Of a stretch of DNA of 64,000 nucleotides, positions 30,112 through 41,579 are shown in pieces. The notes beneath the pieces were generated by a model. That model saw only the letters and a program-made list of their open reading frames with translations. It did not search any database and was not told the origin of the DNA. Numbering within the stretch: the stretch's first letter is position 1; every line of letters begins with the position of its first letter. This stretch comes from an uncultured Fibrobacterota bacterium (GTDB lineage Bacteria; Fibrobacterota; Chitinivibrionia; Chitinivibrionales; FEN-1185), in the NCBI GenBank assembly GCA_963753345.1, contig CAVWBU010000032.1:32001-96000 (forward strand). The letters are read 5' to 3'. The position numbers and the translations under genes are program-made.

Positions 30112-30843
30112 ATGACTGACGCATTGCGGGTCGAGAACGTGCGGTTTTCGTTTGGCGGCGAGCCGCTGCTTGCGGGCGTGAGCCTGAGCGTGGCAACGGG
30201 CGGCATGCTTGCCATTGCCGGCCGAAGCGGATGCGGCAAGACCACGCTGCTGGAAATCTGCGCGAGCCTGCGGCAGCCGCAGGACGGTGCGGTGTTCTGG
30301 GACGGCGTGGAGCTGGCGACCCTGCCGCGCGCAGAGATAATGCGCAAGCGTCAAGGCATCGGCTATGTGTTCCAGAAGCACGCGCTCATTCACAACTTTA
30401 CGGTGTACGACAACGTCGCGCTGCCGCTGCGGTACCACCGGCACATGGCTGAGCATGATGTGCGGCGGGCGGTGCGCGCGTGCATGGAGGAGCTGGGGCT
30501 CCATGACGTTGACAAACGGTTTCCCAACGAGCTATCCGCTGCGGAGTCGCGGTGCGCCGCGATCGCGCGTGCCGTGGTGATGGGGCCGTCGCTGCTGTTC
30601 CTCGACGAGCCCACGTCGGGCGTGGACCCGGTGACCGCGGAGGCAATCGGCCGGGCGCTTTTGTCCATGAACGCATCGCGCAAGCTCACGGTTGTTGCCG
30701 CGTGCAACAACGTCGACGTTCTGAAAACGCTTTCGTGCCCGGTTGCGGTGCTCGACAGCGGCACGCTGCGCGACTACCGGGATGCCGCAGCGGCCCAGGG
30801 CGGGGGCGCGAACATGTTCAAGGTGTTACGGGAATCGTTATGA
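30112..30843 (+). CDS. mlaF: MlaF-like ABC ATPase
   Basis: GRSGCGKTT, VFQ..TVYDNVALPL, LFLDEPTSGVDP; between mlaE and mlaD. Confidence 0.85.
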   Translation: MTDALRVENVRFSFGGEPLLAGVSLSVATGGMLAIAGRSGCGKTTLLEICASLRQPQDGAVFWDGVELATLPRAEIMRKRQGIGYVFQKHALIHNFTVYDNVALPLRYHRHMAEHDVRRAVRACMEELGLHDVDKRFPNELSAAESRCAAIARAVVMGPSLLFLDEPTSGVDPVTAEAIGRALLSMNASRKLTVVAACNNVDVLKTLSCPVAVLDSGTLRDYRDAAAAQGGGANMFKVLRESL

Positions 30844-31769
30844 ATACAACGACCGACGACTTGCGGCTGACGGACGAGCCGTTCCACCGGAAGTACCGGA
30901 ACCTCTTTGTGGGGCTGTTTATCGCGGTCCCGCTCATGGTGCTGCCCGTCTTTCTCATCTACACGTTCTTCAGTTCCGACCTGTTTGCGAAATGGGATTA
31001 CCTGTATGTAAAGTACGAGACCGCGGGCGGCGTGGCGCCCAACGGCGCGGTCACCATCCTCGGCATGAACGTGGGCCGCATTGAGGACGTGTCGCTCAAC
31101 CCGGGCGGGTTTGTGGACGTTAAGCTCAAAATAAAGCGCGAGTACATGCCGTATGTAAGGCGCGACAGCAGGGCGCGGCTGCAGCAGAAAAACGTTGCCA
31201 TCGGCGACTGGGAAATAGACATTACCCGCGGCACCGTGGGCTCGTTGCCGGCGCAAAGCGGCGACACGCTCGCGTCCGAGGTGCAGGCGCCCATCGCTAA
31301 AACGCTTGACCAGGTGACAAAAACAGTGGAGACCCTCCAGAAAATATTGCAGAACATTCTCGACGGAAAAGGCACCGTTGGCCGGTTGATAAAGGAGGAC
31401 ACACTCATCAACGCGGCCAACAGCATAGCCAGAAACGCAAACGGCCTGGTGCTACGGGCATACGGAACGCTCGGCCGCGTGGACACCATCCTGGTTAAGG
31501 TGGCTGCCATCGGCGAAAAGGGCAAGGGCATTGCCGACTCGGTCGCGGGCCTCTCCTCGAAGGTTGGCAGGCTCATCACCGACGTCAACAGCCTTGTCAA
31601 CAGCATCCAGACCTCGGCGAAAGACCTTCCGTCTTTGATGAACAGGGTGCAGGCCGATCTGTCCGAGGTGGAGCTTATTCTAAAGGGCCTCCAGGCCAAC
31701 TTTTTGGTAAAGGGTTTCATCAACGGCCAGCCCGACCCGATGCTCAACGACAATCCGAAAACAAAATGA
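30840..31769 (+). CDS. mlaD: MlaD/MCE family protein
   Basis: N-terminal TM, MCE motif (V.ILGMNVGRI..V), GKGTVGRLI coiled-coil tail; ATGA overlap. Confidence 0.85.
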   Translation: MNTTTDDLRLTDEPFHRKYRNLFVGLFIAVPLMVLPVFLIYTFFSSDLFAKWDYLYVKYETAGGVAPNGAVTILGMNVGRIEDVSLNPGGFVDVKLKIKREYMPYVRRDSRARLQQKNVAIGDWEIDITRGTVGSLPAQSGDTLASEVQAPIAKTLDQVTKTVETLQKILQNILDGKGTVGRLIKEDTLINAANSIARNANGLVLRAYGTLGRVDTILVKVAAIGEKGKGIADSVAGLSSKVGRLITDVNSLVNSIQTSAKDLPSLMNRVQADLSEVELILKGLQANFLVKGFINGQPDPMLNDNPKTK

Positions 31770-32626
31770 CTTCGCGCATGACAAGACAACTCGTTTCACT
31801 TGCCGCCTGCGGCGCGGCGCTCCTCGCATGCTCGTGCGCGAATGCACTTGCAGGCAAACCGCCGCACTGGTCCAGCGGGTACGTGTTCGGTTCGCGGGGC
31901 GCGGCCAGCTTTTCCGAGGGAAAACTCGCGAGCGCGCTTGCCTTTTACGAAAAGGGCCTGAAACAGGCCGAAATCCACGACATTCCCGAGCAGGCGGGAC
32001 TGTATCTTTTCAACATGGGCCGGTGCCTGCTCGAACTTGACAAATACGATTCCGCGCGCATCTGCTTTGCCGCTTCCTACCGCCAGTTCTCCATGAGCAA
32101 CAAGGAAACCGAGGCGCGCCAGGCCGCCGGGTTCGCCGCGCTTGCATGGTCTGCCGCAGGCGCGGCGGACAGCGCGCTGGCCTGGTACAAGCTCGGCGCC
32201 ATAACCCCGAAAAACGCCCGCGACAAAACCTTCTGGCTCATGGTGCATGGACGCCTCTCCTGGGCGCGCGATCACACCAAGGAGTGCCTTGCCTACCTCG
32301 ACGAGGCGTTCGATCTTTACAAAAAAGATAAGGCCTGGTACGGCGCGGCCGAGGCGTGCCTTGCCCGCGCGCGCGTGTACCAGTACTTCGGCGACTACCC
32401 CGAGGCCTCAACGCAGATCACCCTCGCCTTGTCCCTTGGGGACAAGTCTTCCGTGCGCGCCAACCGCTGGCGCGTCCTATGCGCGGCCGCGACCATAAGC
32501 GCCTGCGCAAAAGAAATGGACCGGGCGGCGTGGTACTACGACCGCGCGACCAAGTGCATGGCCGAGGGAAAGACGGTACCGGCAAAGGACAGCGTGATGA
32601 CGTGCAGGAATGAGATGCCGTGGTAG
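31766..32626 (+). CDS. TPR-like helical repeat lipoprotein
   Basis: Lipobox-like LACSC; Ala/Tyr-rich helical repeats; ATGA overlap with mlaD. Confidence 0.7.
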   Translation: MTSRMTRQLVSLAACGAALLACSCANALAGKPPHWSSGYVFGSRGAASFSEGKLASALAFYEKGLKQAEIHDIPEQAGLYLFNMGRCLLELDKYDSARICFAASYRQFSMSNKETEARQAAGFAALAWSAAGAADSALAWYKLGAITPKNARDKTFWLMVHGRLSWARDHTKECLAYLDEAFDLYKKDKAWYGAAEACLARARVYQYFGDYPEASTQITLALSLGDKSSVRANRWRVLCAAATISACAKEMDRAAWYYDRATKCMAEGKTVPAKDSVMTCRNEMPW

Positions 32627-33384
32627 GGTGAGGGTCTTGTTGAAGGTGGGAGTATTAGATCGTTGAAGAATCCAATATACTTGCATTGAATTTGCCACTG
32701 TGTGAAATTGGTGGGCAATACGATCCCCGTCGAAACCTATTGTTGCTCGGCGAATTGGAGAGTTGGCGGCAAAGTGGTGCGGGCACTTTCTACCGATTTG
32801 GAGAATCGAAACGTGCGGATGATGGGCGATTCCGTGAAGGTTTGCAAAGGTAATGGCACAAATCTGCATCAAATGACCAGGGGCATTTGTCGTGATGATT
32901 TTCCATACCGCATTCGATCAGCGCGCGTTTATGCCCAAGTCGTTGAATGTGTTTCGGCTCTTCCAGGATTAAGGCTTCTAAATACGCTCAGAACTGAGAA
33001 GGGTTTCGGCAGAATGAAGTATAAGTTCAACAATGAGCCGCCGCCCAACTGTATTTCTCCTGAAAACTGCTGTGATTCGATTATAAAGCATTGGCTCTCG
33101 CAACGAAGCCTGCATTCCATGCCATGCCGCGGAACACAATGGAATGCAAATCAGCTGAAAAATTTATTCCAGAACCCGGTATACGCAATTGCACCTCGAA
33201 GTGGCTGACAAAATTACATTGGCGCACGAGGGAGGCTCGGTCGTAATTTATAGTAATGACGAAGACATGATTCCTGGATTAGTGACCGCTGCCGCTTTTA
33301 GGAAAGGTGAGATATTTTGGTTGACCCGGAGTGAGGAGCCTAGACCGGTCTATCAAAATATCCTCGTTACATCAGGAGTTAGAC

Positions 33385-34660
33385 ATGTCAGCACTAGAAG
33401 TCACGATTGAAGAAATTCGTCAGGATATTTTTACCTTCGCTGATCCTTCCTCGGTTGTGGAGGTTACCAACTCGGGTGACCTAATTTGGACACAGTCACG
33501 CCAACGACGTAGTGCTCGGCTAGTTAAGACGACAACTGGCTTCCCTGACGTGTCTTTTGACGGCAAGGTCTATTCATATGTGAGCTTTTTATCCTCTGCG
33601 GGGTTGCCAGATCTTCCTGATACTAGCTCAAGCCATACTGAGTCTGACTAAGATTGCCAGATAATATATGCCACATGCATGGATGGTCATGGCGGCTGGT
33701 ATGTTGGCGGACCAGTCTATTTCCCGATTTTAGTGAAGCTACTGATCGCACAAGGCGCACACTTTCTAGTACTCGCGTGCTATTTGTCTATGGCAATGCA
33801 GGAGTAGGCAAGACCTCCACGCTCAGGGCCCTAACAAGGAGGCAGGCAGAACTTTACCTCCGTGGCCAAACTCAAACTCTCTTTCTTTACCTCGATGCAC
33901 AAGGGAAAGGATTGAACCAACTTGAAGATGTGATGGCGAGGGCGCTACAACTACATCGCGCATATTTACTATCACTCAGTTTCTGCTTTGGCTAGGAGAG
34001 AATGTATCGTACCTATTGTGGACGGTTTTGATGAACTTATAGGGCCGAGTAATGCGCGCGAGGCGTTTTCAAATCCTGGATACTTCGTGGCGCAACCCGA
34101 TAGGCAGGGTGCCCTGATAACATCATCACGGTCTGCATTTTTTCACTCCGCACGTTGAACGGGCGGTGTATGTTGCGCGGCTCGCGGTTTTTTTTATGAA
34201 GTGGATCTCTGGAATGTGCCGCTGGAATACCGAGACTGCAAACAAGTATGGCAGCCTGCGCCTTGCCTCGATGCCAGACCTGTTACTGCGATCCCAACAG
34301 TTGCTTCAGCTTCCCGCTACCGAGGCAATTACGCATAAGCCATTCTACTTGGTGCAGGTTTGTGACATGCTCGTAAGTGGTGCGGATATTGATGAATCCG
34401 CTGACCTCGGCCGACAAGTAATTGATGCAGCACGAGGCGGGAAACGACTAAACTTCGGAACGGACGCGATGAGCCCTTACTCTATGAGTCAGGTCACCGA
34501 ATGTATATGCCAATTAGCGGAAGAAATGTGGTGCGAGGAGCGCGCCGATTTGGACATAGAAACATACGTGATTGCGATTGGAGGAAGGGGTGGCAAAGAT
34601 TTTAAGAATTGGCGGAGCAAGTCGCACCGGTATTGCTGCATTGGATACGATGGGTTTTGA
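33385..34660 (+). pseudogene. Fragmented NACHT/STAND-like P-loop NTPase
   Basis: Walker A VYGNAGVGKT (~33785-33815), Walker B IVDGFDEL (~34015-34040) in another frame, PFYL motif downstream; many stops/shifts; low GC. Confidence 0.55.
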
Positions 34661-35137
34661 AATGAATTGTTTAGGTTTGCATTTCAGTCTCACCGTTTGG
34701 CTTTGATACTCACATCTTCATTGGTCGAAGGCAGCGATTATATCTGCATGGCAGAACTACCTGCTGAAGCTGTGAACGGTATGTATATGTGAGTAAATGG
34801 GAGTAAAGCGAGTCAACGGTGATTGCGCAGGGAATGCTAACCGGCTGGAACCCGGCTGCAAACGGGTATGTATATTGGTAGGAAGAAGGGATATAAAAGA
34901 ATAATTTAGTTTAGAGAATGATATATAGATAGAATTATATGGAGGAGAGTTGATAAACATGAGGATATAGGAGAGAATTGGATTGAGAGGCAATCAAGCG
35001 AGTAAGCGAGTCAACGGTATATGCGGCAGGGTCTTTTACCAATATTGGCGGGCAGAGTCGCAGCTGTATAGCCGGCATTGGACGATACCGCAGGGAATGC
35101 GTTAGCCTGAGGAGGGATCCGAAAGCGAACGGCCAGG

Positions 35138-35294
<157 letters not shown>

Positions 35295-35304
35295 TGCACT
35301 CGCC

Positions 35305-36858
35305 GTGAGCGGGACAACGGTGTATGTTGGAGGGAATTTTACCAGCGTTGGCGGCCGGAGCCGCACCCATGTCGCGGCGTTGGATGCGACGACTGGAACT
35401 GCGACGGCTTGGAACCCGAATGCGAACGACCAGGTAAATGCACTCGCCGTGAGCGGGACAACGGTATATGTTGGAGGGCTTTTTAGCGGCATTGGGGGGC
35501 AGGACCGTAATTACCTGGCAGCTCTGGATTCGACAACCGGAAATGCCACGGCATGGAACCCGAAGATGAACAAGGCTGTCCAATCACTCTCAGTGAGCGG
35601 GACAAGGATATATGCAGGAGGATGGTTCGACGGTGTCGGCTGCGAGAACCGAAACCATATCGCCGCATTGGATGCGGCAACAGGAAAGGTTACCGGCTGG
35701 AACCCCAATGCGAACAACAATGTTCTTTCGCTCGCTGTGAGTGGAAAAACAGTATATGCGGGAGGGATTTTCGACAGCATTGGCGGTCAGAGACGTATTG
35801 GAATTGCAGCATTGGATACGATAACCGGCCACGCAACGATCTGGAATCCATTTGCCGACAGCACTGTTTCTTGTTTGTCAGTGAGCGAAACAACGGTTTA
35901 TGCAGGAGGGGATTTTTCCAGTATAGGCGGTCAGGTTCGTAACCATATGGCAGCTTTGGATGCAAAAACAGGGAATGCCACCGGTTGGAACCCTAATGCG
36001 AACTCCGGTGTCATTACAATCGCCGTTTGCAGTACAACGGTGTATGTTGGAGGGGTTTTCACCACCATCGGAGGACTCAGCCGCAACCATATTGCCGCCC
36101 TTGATGTGACAACAGGGAATGTCCTTACCTGGAATCCGAATGCGGATGGCAGTGTTGCCGCAATCGCGGTGAATGGATCAACAGTATATATTGGAGGATA
36201 CTTCCTCAGCATTGGCGGGCAGACCCGCTTCTGTATTGCCGCCCTCGATGCGACAACAGGGAATACCTTGGCCTGGAACCCAAATGCGAATAATTGGGTC
36301 ACTTCACTCGCTGTGAGCGGGACAACCGTATATGCCGGAGGATACTTCAACGGCATTGGCGGTCAGGGCCTCAACTACTTAGCCGGTTTAGATGCGACAA
36401 CAGGGAATGCATTGGCCTGGAACCCAAACGCAAACGGCACTGTATATTCACTCGCTGTGAGCGGGTCAACGGTGTATGTAGGAGGAAGTTTTACCGGCAT
36501 CGGCCAACGTATGGGCCACTACTATTTTGCTCAGTTCGGAGACTATATTCCTAACCCCGTTGTTCATCCTATCTCAGCGCAATCAACCGCAAAGAGCGCC
36601 GGTTTACAGATAATAAGCTCTAATTTCTTATCTGGCGCATTAGTCAAGTTTTCCTATTCGCTTTCCAAAGCAGAGCAGGTCTCCCTGCAGTTGTATAGAA
36701 TTAACGGCCAATTGCAATCCGACCTCATCAACAAGCACCAGCCCGCGGGAAATTATTCACTCACCATGCAACGTGACAAACTTGCCGCGGGCGCGTATCT
36801 GGTCGTCTTCAAAGCGGGGGAGTACCATCAGGAGAAACTGGTCTCTGTGATGAAATAA
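35305..36858 (+). CDS. Secreted beta-propeller-like repeat protein (8+ repeats of 48 aa) with C-terminal sorting-like tail; 5' end corrupted
   Basis: Unit VSGTTVY.GG.F..IGGQ.RN.IAALDATTG....WNPNAN..V..LA; tail LYRING..AAGAYLVVF. Confidence 0.8.
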   Translation: MSGTTVYVGGNFTSVGGRSRTHVAALDATTGTATAWNPNANDQVNALAVSGTTVYVGGLFSGIGGQDRNYLAALDSTTGNATAWNPKMNKAVQSLSVSGTRIYAGGWFDGVGCENRNHIAALDAATGKVTGWNPNANNNVLSLAVSGKTVYAGGIFDSIGGQRRIGIAALDTITGHATIWNPFADSTVSCLSVSETTVYAGGDFSSIGGQVRNHMAALDAKTGNATGWNPNANSGVITIAVCSTTVYVGGVFTTIGGLSRNHIAALDVTTGNVLTWNPNADGSVAAIAVNGSTVYIGGYFLSIGGQTRFCIAALDATTGNTLAWNPNANNWVTSLAVSGTTVYAGGYFNGIGGQGLNYLAGLDATTGNALAWNPNANGTVYSLAVSGSTVYVGGSFTGIGQRMGHYYFAQFGDYIPNPVVHPISAQSTAKSAGLQIISSNFLSGALVKFSYSLSKAEQVSLQLYRINGQLQSDLINKHQPAGNYSLTMQRDKLAAGAYLVVFKAGEYHQEKLVSVMK

Positions 36859-36880
36859 TCTCTCGCTTTGATTCGTTTAA

Positions 36881-37000
36881 CCTCACCCCCGTCCCCTCTC
36901 CCATGGGGAGAGGGGAGTGACCGATGCGAAAGCAGTAGATAAAATTGGGCGATGCGGAATTCTCGGGAGATTGCTTCGTCGAAGATTCCTCGCAATGACA
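36881..37000. repeat. Two REP-like palindromic units
   Basis: CCTCACCCCC..CCCCTCTCC..GGAGAGGGG (compare 11031-11081 inverted); GATTGCTTCG..CTCGCAATGACA (compare 7603-7629 inverted). Confidence 0.7.
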
Positions 37001-37069
37001 CTTATTTTTCTTTGTCCAGTTTTCGGGTATTGGCTTTTCAACTATTCAATGCTTCAACATTTCAACTGT

Positions 37070-37224
37070 TCTCCGTGGGTGCCGCCACAACGATGCACGG
37101 CCTTGCAGCTGTTTTGTCAAGGCGGCTACCCAGGAGGGGGTAGCGGAGGACCGGTCGCGTTTCTCGATTGGTGGATTGTCAAGTAACGCGACCGGGCCGG
37201 AGCGAGGGGGAGCCCTCCCCCCTT
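37070..37224 (-). repeat. Module A, minus strand (CCGCC/GGCGG variant)
   Basis: Reverse complement of A; begins ~23 nt after the stop of the TonB-dependent receptor gene. Confidence 0.88.
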
Positions 37225-37247
37225 AAATAAGTCTCTACTATTTGTAA

Positions 37248-39461
37248 TTAGAATCTTACGCTTATCCCGAATATCGGCGTTATCCCAAACGGCGTCACCT
37301 CCTGGAACCCGGTCCCGTTGAACTTGTATTCGAGCACCGGCTTGTAGTTGAAGAGGTTGATGATCTCGATAAAGAGCTCCGCTTCGGCGCCGAATATCCT
37401 TTTTGTAAACCCGTACCTGAAATTGGTGGTGAGCAGCCTGTCAAGGCGCCTGGAATAATATCCCGCCGAGGTGTCGATCGACGCGGACCTGCGGCCCACG
37501 CAATCCACCCGCACCAGCTCCGGACAGTACGGCCTTCCGCCCGAGCCCGACACCGACAGCGAAACCGTGTGGTTGCGCAGTATGGACGCGGTCGCGGCGG
37601 CCGAAAACGTGTAGCCCACGTCGGTCCAGTCGTCGTACCAGGCTGCATCGTCGAACTGGTTCTTCACGTCGAACAGGGACGCACCGAGGGAACAGGAAAG
37701 CCAGCCGCGCACGGCATTGACAAGAGAGACTTCGGCGCCGTACACCCTCCGGTGGCCGTCCTGGGGCCGCATGGCGGGCACGCCGGCGGCCGTTGTGTAC
37801 ACCACGTCCTGCACGTCGGGCGAGAGAAAGCGGTATTCCTGGTCGTACCACTTGTAATAGACCTCCACGTTTGACGTAACAAGGCCCCACGGCGTGAGGC
37901 GGTAGCCGAGCGTTCCCTGCCAGCACCTGAGGGGCTTTGCCTGTGCAAGGAGCGAGAGCTCGGAGGTGCGCAGGGAATCGTCCGGAAGGTTCGCGTTAGC
38001 CGAAAGCGCGTCGAAAAGGATGGTGGGAAGGTCGGTGGGAAACTGGTGATACAGTCCCAGCCCGGCGGCAAGGCTGCCAGCGCGGCCCAGTGAGACCATG
38101 CCCGCCACACGCGGCGAAACCGCGACATCGTCAAGCAGCCTGAAATAATCCGCGCGCATGCCGGCGGATGCCGAAAACGGTCCTGCCCGGAGCTCGTAAC
38201 CGGCGAACGCTCCCAGCTCCGGTCCTTCTATGGCAATTGCCTTTTCAACCGGTTTCTCGGCCCAGGCAACGGTGACCGGGGAATCGTTCTGGCAAATGAC
38301 GCAGGTGCCGCTGTTCATCGATTCGTCGGAAACCGAGAAAGAATACTTTGTATCGTAGGCACGGATTCCGGCGGTGATGGACTGGTTTTCGCCGGCTGCG
38401 AATTGCGAGCTGGTATTGAGCGAGGCATGCATGCGGTTGTCCGCATTGCTGCTCACCGGGTTTTTTGCATAGTGCTGTGCGAAGAACGCGTCCGAAAACG
38501 ATTCGAGGCTGTCGTACGATCGCCCGTCGCGCTGTGAATAGCTCACCTGGAACCGGTGCTCCTGAAACTCGTCCTTGTAGTGAAAGAGCAGGCCCGCGCC
38601 GCCCTGGAGGATCCGTTCTATTTCGTCAATGCCGCTATTGTGGGCGGCGCCGTCGTCGCCCTGCTGCACAATGGGGTAGCCGTAATTGTACGTGTTGTAC
38701 GAAAAAAGCCCGGTCGCCGAGATGACCAGGTTCGCGGACGGCAGATACAGAAGCTTGCCGTACAAATCGCCGAGTTTGGGGATGCCTTCGTCGCCGATGA
38801 TCGAGCGGAGCGCGGAAAAGTCCACGTATCGTCCGGCAAGCGCGAACGAGCCCTCTTTGCCGAACGCCGGCCCCTCGACCGAGGCGAGGCCGCCGGTCAG
38901 CTTGATGCCCGCGCTGCCATTTACAGAAGAGAACGATCCGCCTTTCATGTCGATGTCCACCACCGACGACATCCGGGGAGGATACGAGACCGGCATGTCG
39001 CCGGCAAAGAACCGCACCGAACGGATGAAATCGGCATTGATGAAGCCGATGGGGCCGCCCGAGCCGTTCGCTTGGGAAAAATGGTTGATGTTTTCCATTT
39101 CTATGCCGTCGACAAAAAAGACAATCTCGCTGGGGCGGCCGCCGCGGACAAACAGGGTGTTGTCGAATTTCGCCCCGAGCGAGGAGACGATTGACGGCAG
39201 GGTGCCCAGATAGCGGCTGATGTCACCGGCGGCGCCGGCCGCGGTCTTTATTTCCTTCGAGGAAAAGACCACGGCGTTACGGCGGTCTATTCCTGAATCA
39301 CGGATTGACGGCGCGGCCCGCACGACCATTCTGTCAACGTGCTCAGCTTCGGGCCGCGGGGCGGCAACGGAATCGCTCTGCGGCACGGCCGCGGTGTCCT
39401 GGCCGGCCCGGGACGGCAGAACAACAATGAACAGCAACAGAAAGCCGATAACGGATTTCAT
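37248..39461 (-). CDS. TonB-dependent receptor-like outer-membrane protein
   Basis: Plug motifs (DI.R.L.TLPSI..LFVRGG..FFVDG..NINHF), GMRADY, SPR, C-terminal Phe. Confidence 0.85.
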   Translation of the reverse strand: MKSVIGFLLLFIVVLPSRAGQDTAAVPQSDSVAAPRPEAEHVDRMVVRAAPSIRDSGIDRRNAVVFSSKEIKTAAGAAGDISRYLGTLPSIVSSLGAKFDNTLFVRGGRPSEIVFFVDGIEMENINHFSQANGSGGPIGFINADFIRSVRFFAGDMPVSYPPRMSSVVDIDMKGGSFSSVNGSAGIKLTGGLASVEGPAFGKEGSFALAGRYVDFSALRSIIGDEGIPKLGDLYGKLLYLPSANLVISATGLFSYNTYNYGYPIVQQGDDGAAHNSGIDEIERILQGGAGLLFHYKDEFQEHRFQVSYSQRDGRSYDSLESFSDAFFAQHYAKNPVSSNADNRMHASLNTSSQFAAGENQSITAGIRAYDTKYSFSVSDESMNSGTCVICQNDSPVTVAWAEKPVEKAIAIEGPELGAFAGYELRAGPFSASAGMRADYFRLLDDVAVSPRVAGMVSLGRAGSLAAGLGLYHQFPTDLPTILFDALSANANLPDDSLRTSELSLLAQAKPLRCWQGTLGYRLTPWGLVTSNVEVYYKWYDQEYRFLSPDVQDVVYTTAAGVPAMRPQDGHRRVYGAEVSLVNAVRGWLSCSLGASLFDVKNQFDDAAWYDDWTDVGYTFSAAATASILRNHTVSLSVSGSGGRPYCPELVRVDCVGRRSASIDTSAGYYSRRLDRLLTTNFRYGFTKRIFGAEAELFIEIINLFNYKPVLEYKFNGTGFQEVTPFGITPIFGISVRF

Positions 39462-39623
39462 GCTGAGCACCTGTCCAGGAAACCGGACTATGGTCAAAGC
39501 AACGGCGAAAGAGCGACAACTAGAAATATAAGAGCAAACGGGGTTTTTGGATCAGCGGTGGCGAAGAAAGTGTTTTCTGCCAGAAACCACTTAATACAAA
39601 TTCAAATACAAATGGAAGATATC

Positions 39624-40021
39624 TTGGAGGGGGAAGTGTCCCCGTGGCCCCAAGCCTCCTCAGCCTACGGCCTGCGGGGTCTTGGAGCACACCCCCTCGT
39701 GGGTAGCCCCCTAGAAAGCTGGTTCGCTGGAAAGAGGCTTCAGCTGCGGGGGCACCGAGAAAAAGAGTTGAAAGTTGACAGTTGGCAGTTGACGGCGGGA
39801 CTTGGGAGAGAGAACCCGCGTTCGTTCCAAGGATTTCAGCTGGCGCAAAGATATACTTGACCGAATAGATTTCTTCTGCCGCGCGCCAGGCAGGACTGGA
39901 AGGTGCGCTGGAGCGCATTGCCGCTTGACCACGGCCCGAAGGGCACTCGTGGCAAGCGGCAACGAGGCCGAAGGCCGAGCCTGGAAGGAGGGCCGCCGCT
40001 GCGAAGCAGCGGGGCGCCCAA
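39624..40021 (+). repeat. Bipartite structured repeat, A+B composite
   Basis: A 39624-39767, heptamer array 39767-39795, B 39857-40021; extra GGGGAACGCCCAA at ~40039-40051. Confidence 0.9.
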
Positions 40022-40071
40022 ATCTTCTCCTATCTATTGGGGAACGCCCAACAAATTAATTTATTAATAGA

Positions 40072-40317
40072 TTAGTTCAATCCACCGCAGCACCCAGCAC
40101 CCGCCCCGCAGTCAGAGGCCCCCGGGCACGAAGCTCCGCTCTGGCATGCGGGCCCGCTTGACATCTTGCCCATGGCAATGCCGCCTACGCGCGACATCAG
40201 TTTCCGGGTATCGGTGGACTTGCACTTGGGACAGGGCAGGATTTTGTTAGAGGAGGAAGAGACGATTTCCTCAAACACAATTCCGCACTTGCCGCATTCG
40301 TACTCGTAAATAGGCAT
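40072..40317 (-). CDS. FmdB family zinc-ribbon protein
   Basis: MPIYEYEC..CG..FE..CPKC.S..RKLMS. Confidence 0.88.
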   Translation of the reverse strand: MPIYEYECGKCGIVFEEIVSSSSNKILPCPKCKSTDTRKLMSRVGGIAMGKMSSGPACQSGASCPGASDCGAGAGCCGGLN

Positions 40318-40456
40318 GGGATAAAATCCTTTCGTCGATTATTGTGTGCACAAGGGTCAAAAATACATGATAAAATCAATACGAAGAGCCGGGGCCGGAA
40401 ATTTACCGGATTGCGCTTTTGGCCGGCGGACGGCGAAGCACGGCAAGGATTGAGAA

Positions 40457-41551
40457 ATGATACTCGGCGTTGCACGTGAAATTGCGCTCACCTTCATGGA
40501 CATGGCGCCGTACATGCTCCTGGGCCTGACGTTTGCGGGCGTGCTTCACGTCTTTATCCACAGGGACTTTATAGCAAAGCACCTGGGCGGCAGCAACGCG
40601 GCGTCGGTGGTGAAGGCCGCCCTGTTCGGCATACCACTTCCGCTGTGCTCGTGCGGCGTTCTGCCGGTCGCCCTGTCGCTCCGCAAGGGAAAAGCGTCCG
40701 ACGGCGCCACGATTTCCTTTCTTATTTCCACGCCCCAGACCGGCATAGACTCGATTGCGGCGACCTGGGGAATGCTCGGGCCGGTGTACGCGATCTTTCG
40801 GCCGGTTGCCGCGCTTATCATGGGAATCGTGGGCGGGCTGGCCACAATCCCGTTTTCTTCAAAACTCGACCATCCGCTCGCATCGGACAAGCGCTTTTCC
40901 TGCAACCTCTGCTTTGAACCGCGGCCGCATTCGCATTCGCTCCGGTACCGCGCCAAACGCGTATTTGCCTATGCGTTCCGCGATTTTCTGGACGACATCT
41001 CGGTCCAGTTGACAATAGGAATTGTTGCGGCCGGCCTCATTGCGTTTCTTATCCCAGACCATTTCTTCGAGAAATTTGCGAATAGCGAGCTTCTCTCAAT
41101 GCTTCTGATGATCGTGGTGGGCGTGCCCATGTACATCTGTGCCACGGCGTCGATTCCGGTCGCCGTTGCCCTGATGGCAAAGGGTCTGTCGCCCGGCGCG
41201 GCGTTCGTGTTCCTGGCCGTAGGCTCGGCAACCAACATTTCCTTTATCCTCGTGATTGCCGAGGTGATGGGGAAGAAGATCCTTGCCGTGTATCTTGCCG
41301 CGATTACCGTATTGTCGGTGGCAATGGGCTTTGCGCTCGACGGTATATTCTCCCTTGTCGGAACGGAATCGCTGAGGGGAAAACTTGTTCAGGATTTTTC
41401 AGAGAAGCCTTCGCCGTTGATAATGATCCTGTCGGCGGCATTTTTAATTGTGCTTGGGTTATCACTCGCAAGGGTCATCCGCGCAAAGATTTCCGATCGG
41501 CATAGTTGTCATGATGATGGGCGCCATGGTGAGGGATGTTGTAAGAAATAA
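40457..41551 (+). CDS. ArsP/DUF318 family permease (SO_0444-like metal efflux)
   Basis: PLPLCSCGVLP, FLISTPQTG.DS, PMYICATAS.P, His/Cys-rich linker and tail. Confidence 0.85.
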   Translation: MILGVAREIALTFMDMAPYMLLGLTFAGVLHVFIHRDFIAKHLGGSNAASVVKAALFGIPLPLCSCGVLPVALSLRKGKASDGATISFLISTPQTGIDSIAATWGMLGPVYAIFRPVAALIMGIVGGLATIPFSSKLDHPLASDKRFSCNLCFEPRPHSHSLRYRAKRVFAYAFRDFLDDISVQLTIGIVAAGLIAFLIPDHFFEKFANSELLSMLLMIVVGVPMYICATASIPVAVALMAKGLSPGAAFVFLAVGSATNISFILVIAEVMGKKILAVYLAAITVLSVAMGFALDGIFSLVGTESLRGKLVQDFSEKPSPLIMILSAAFLIVLGLSLARVIRAKISDRHSCHDDGRHGEGCCKK

Positions 41552-41579
41552 TCCAAATGATGAAAAAAGATTAATTCTT

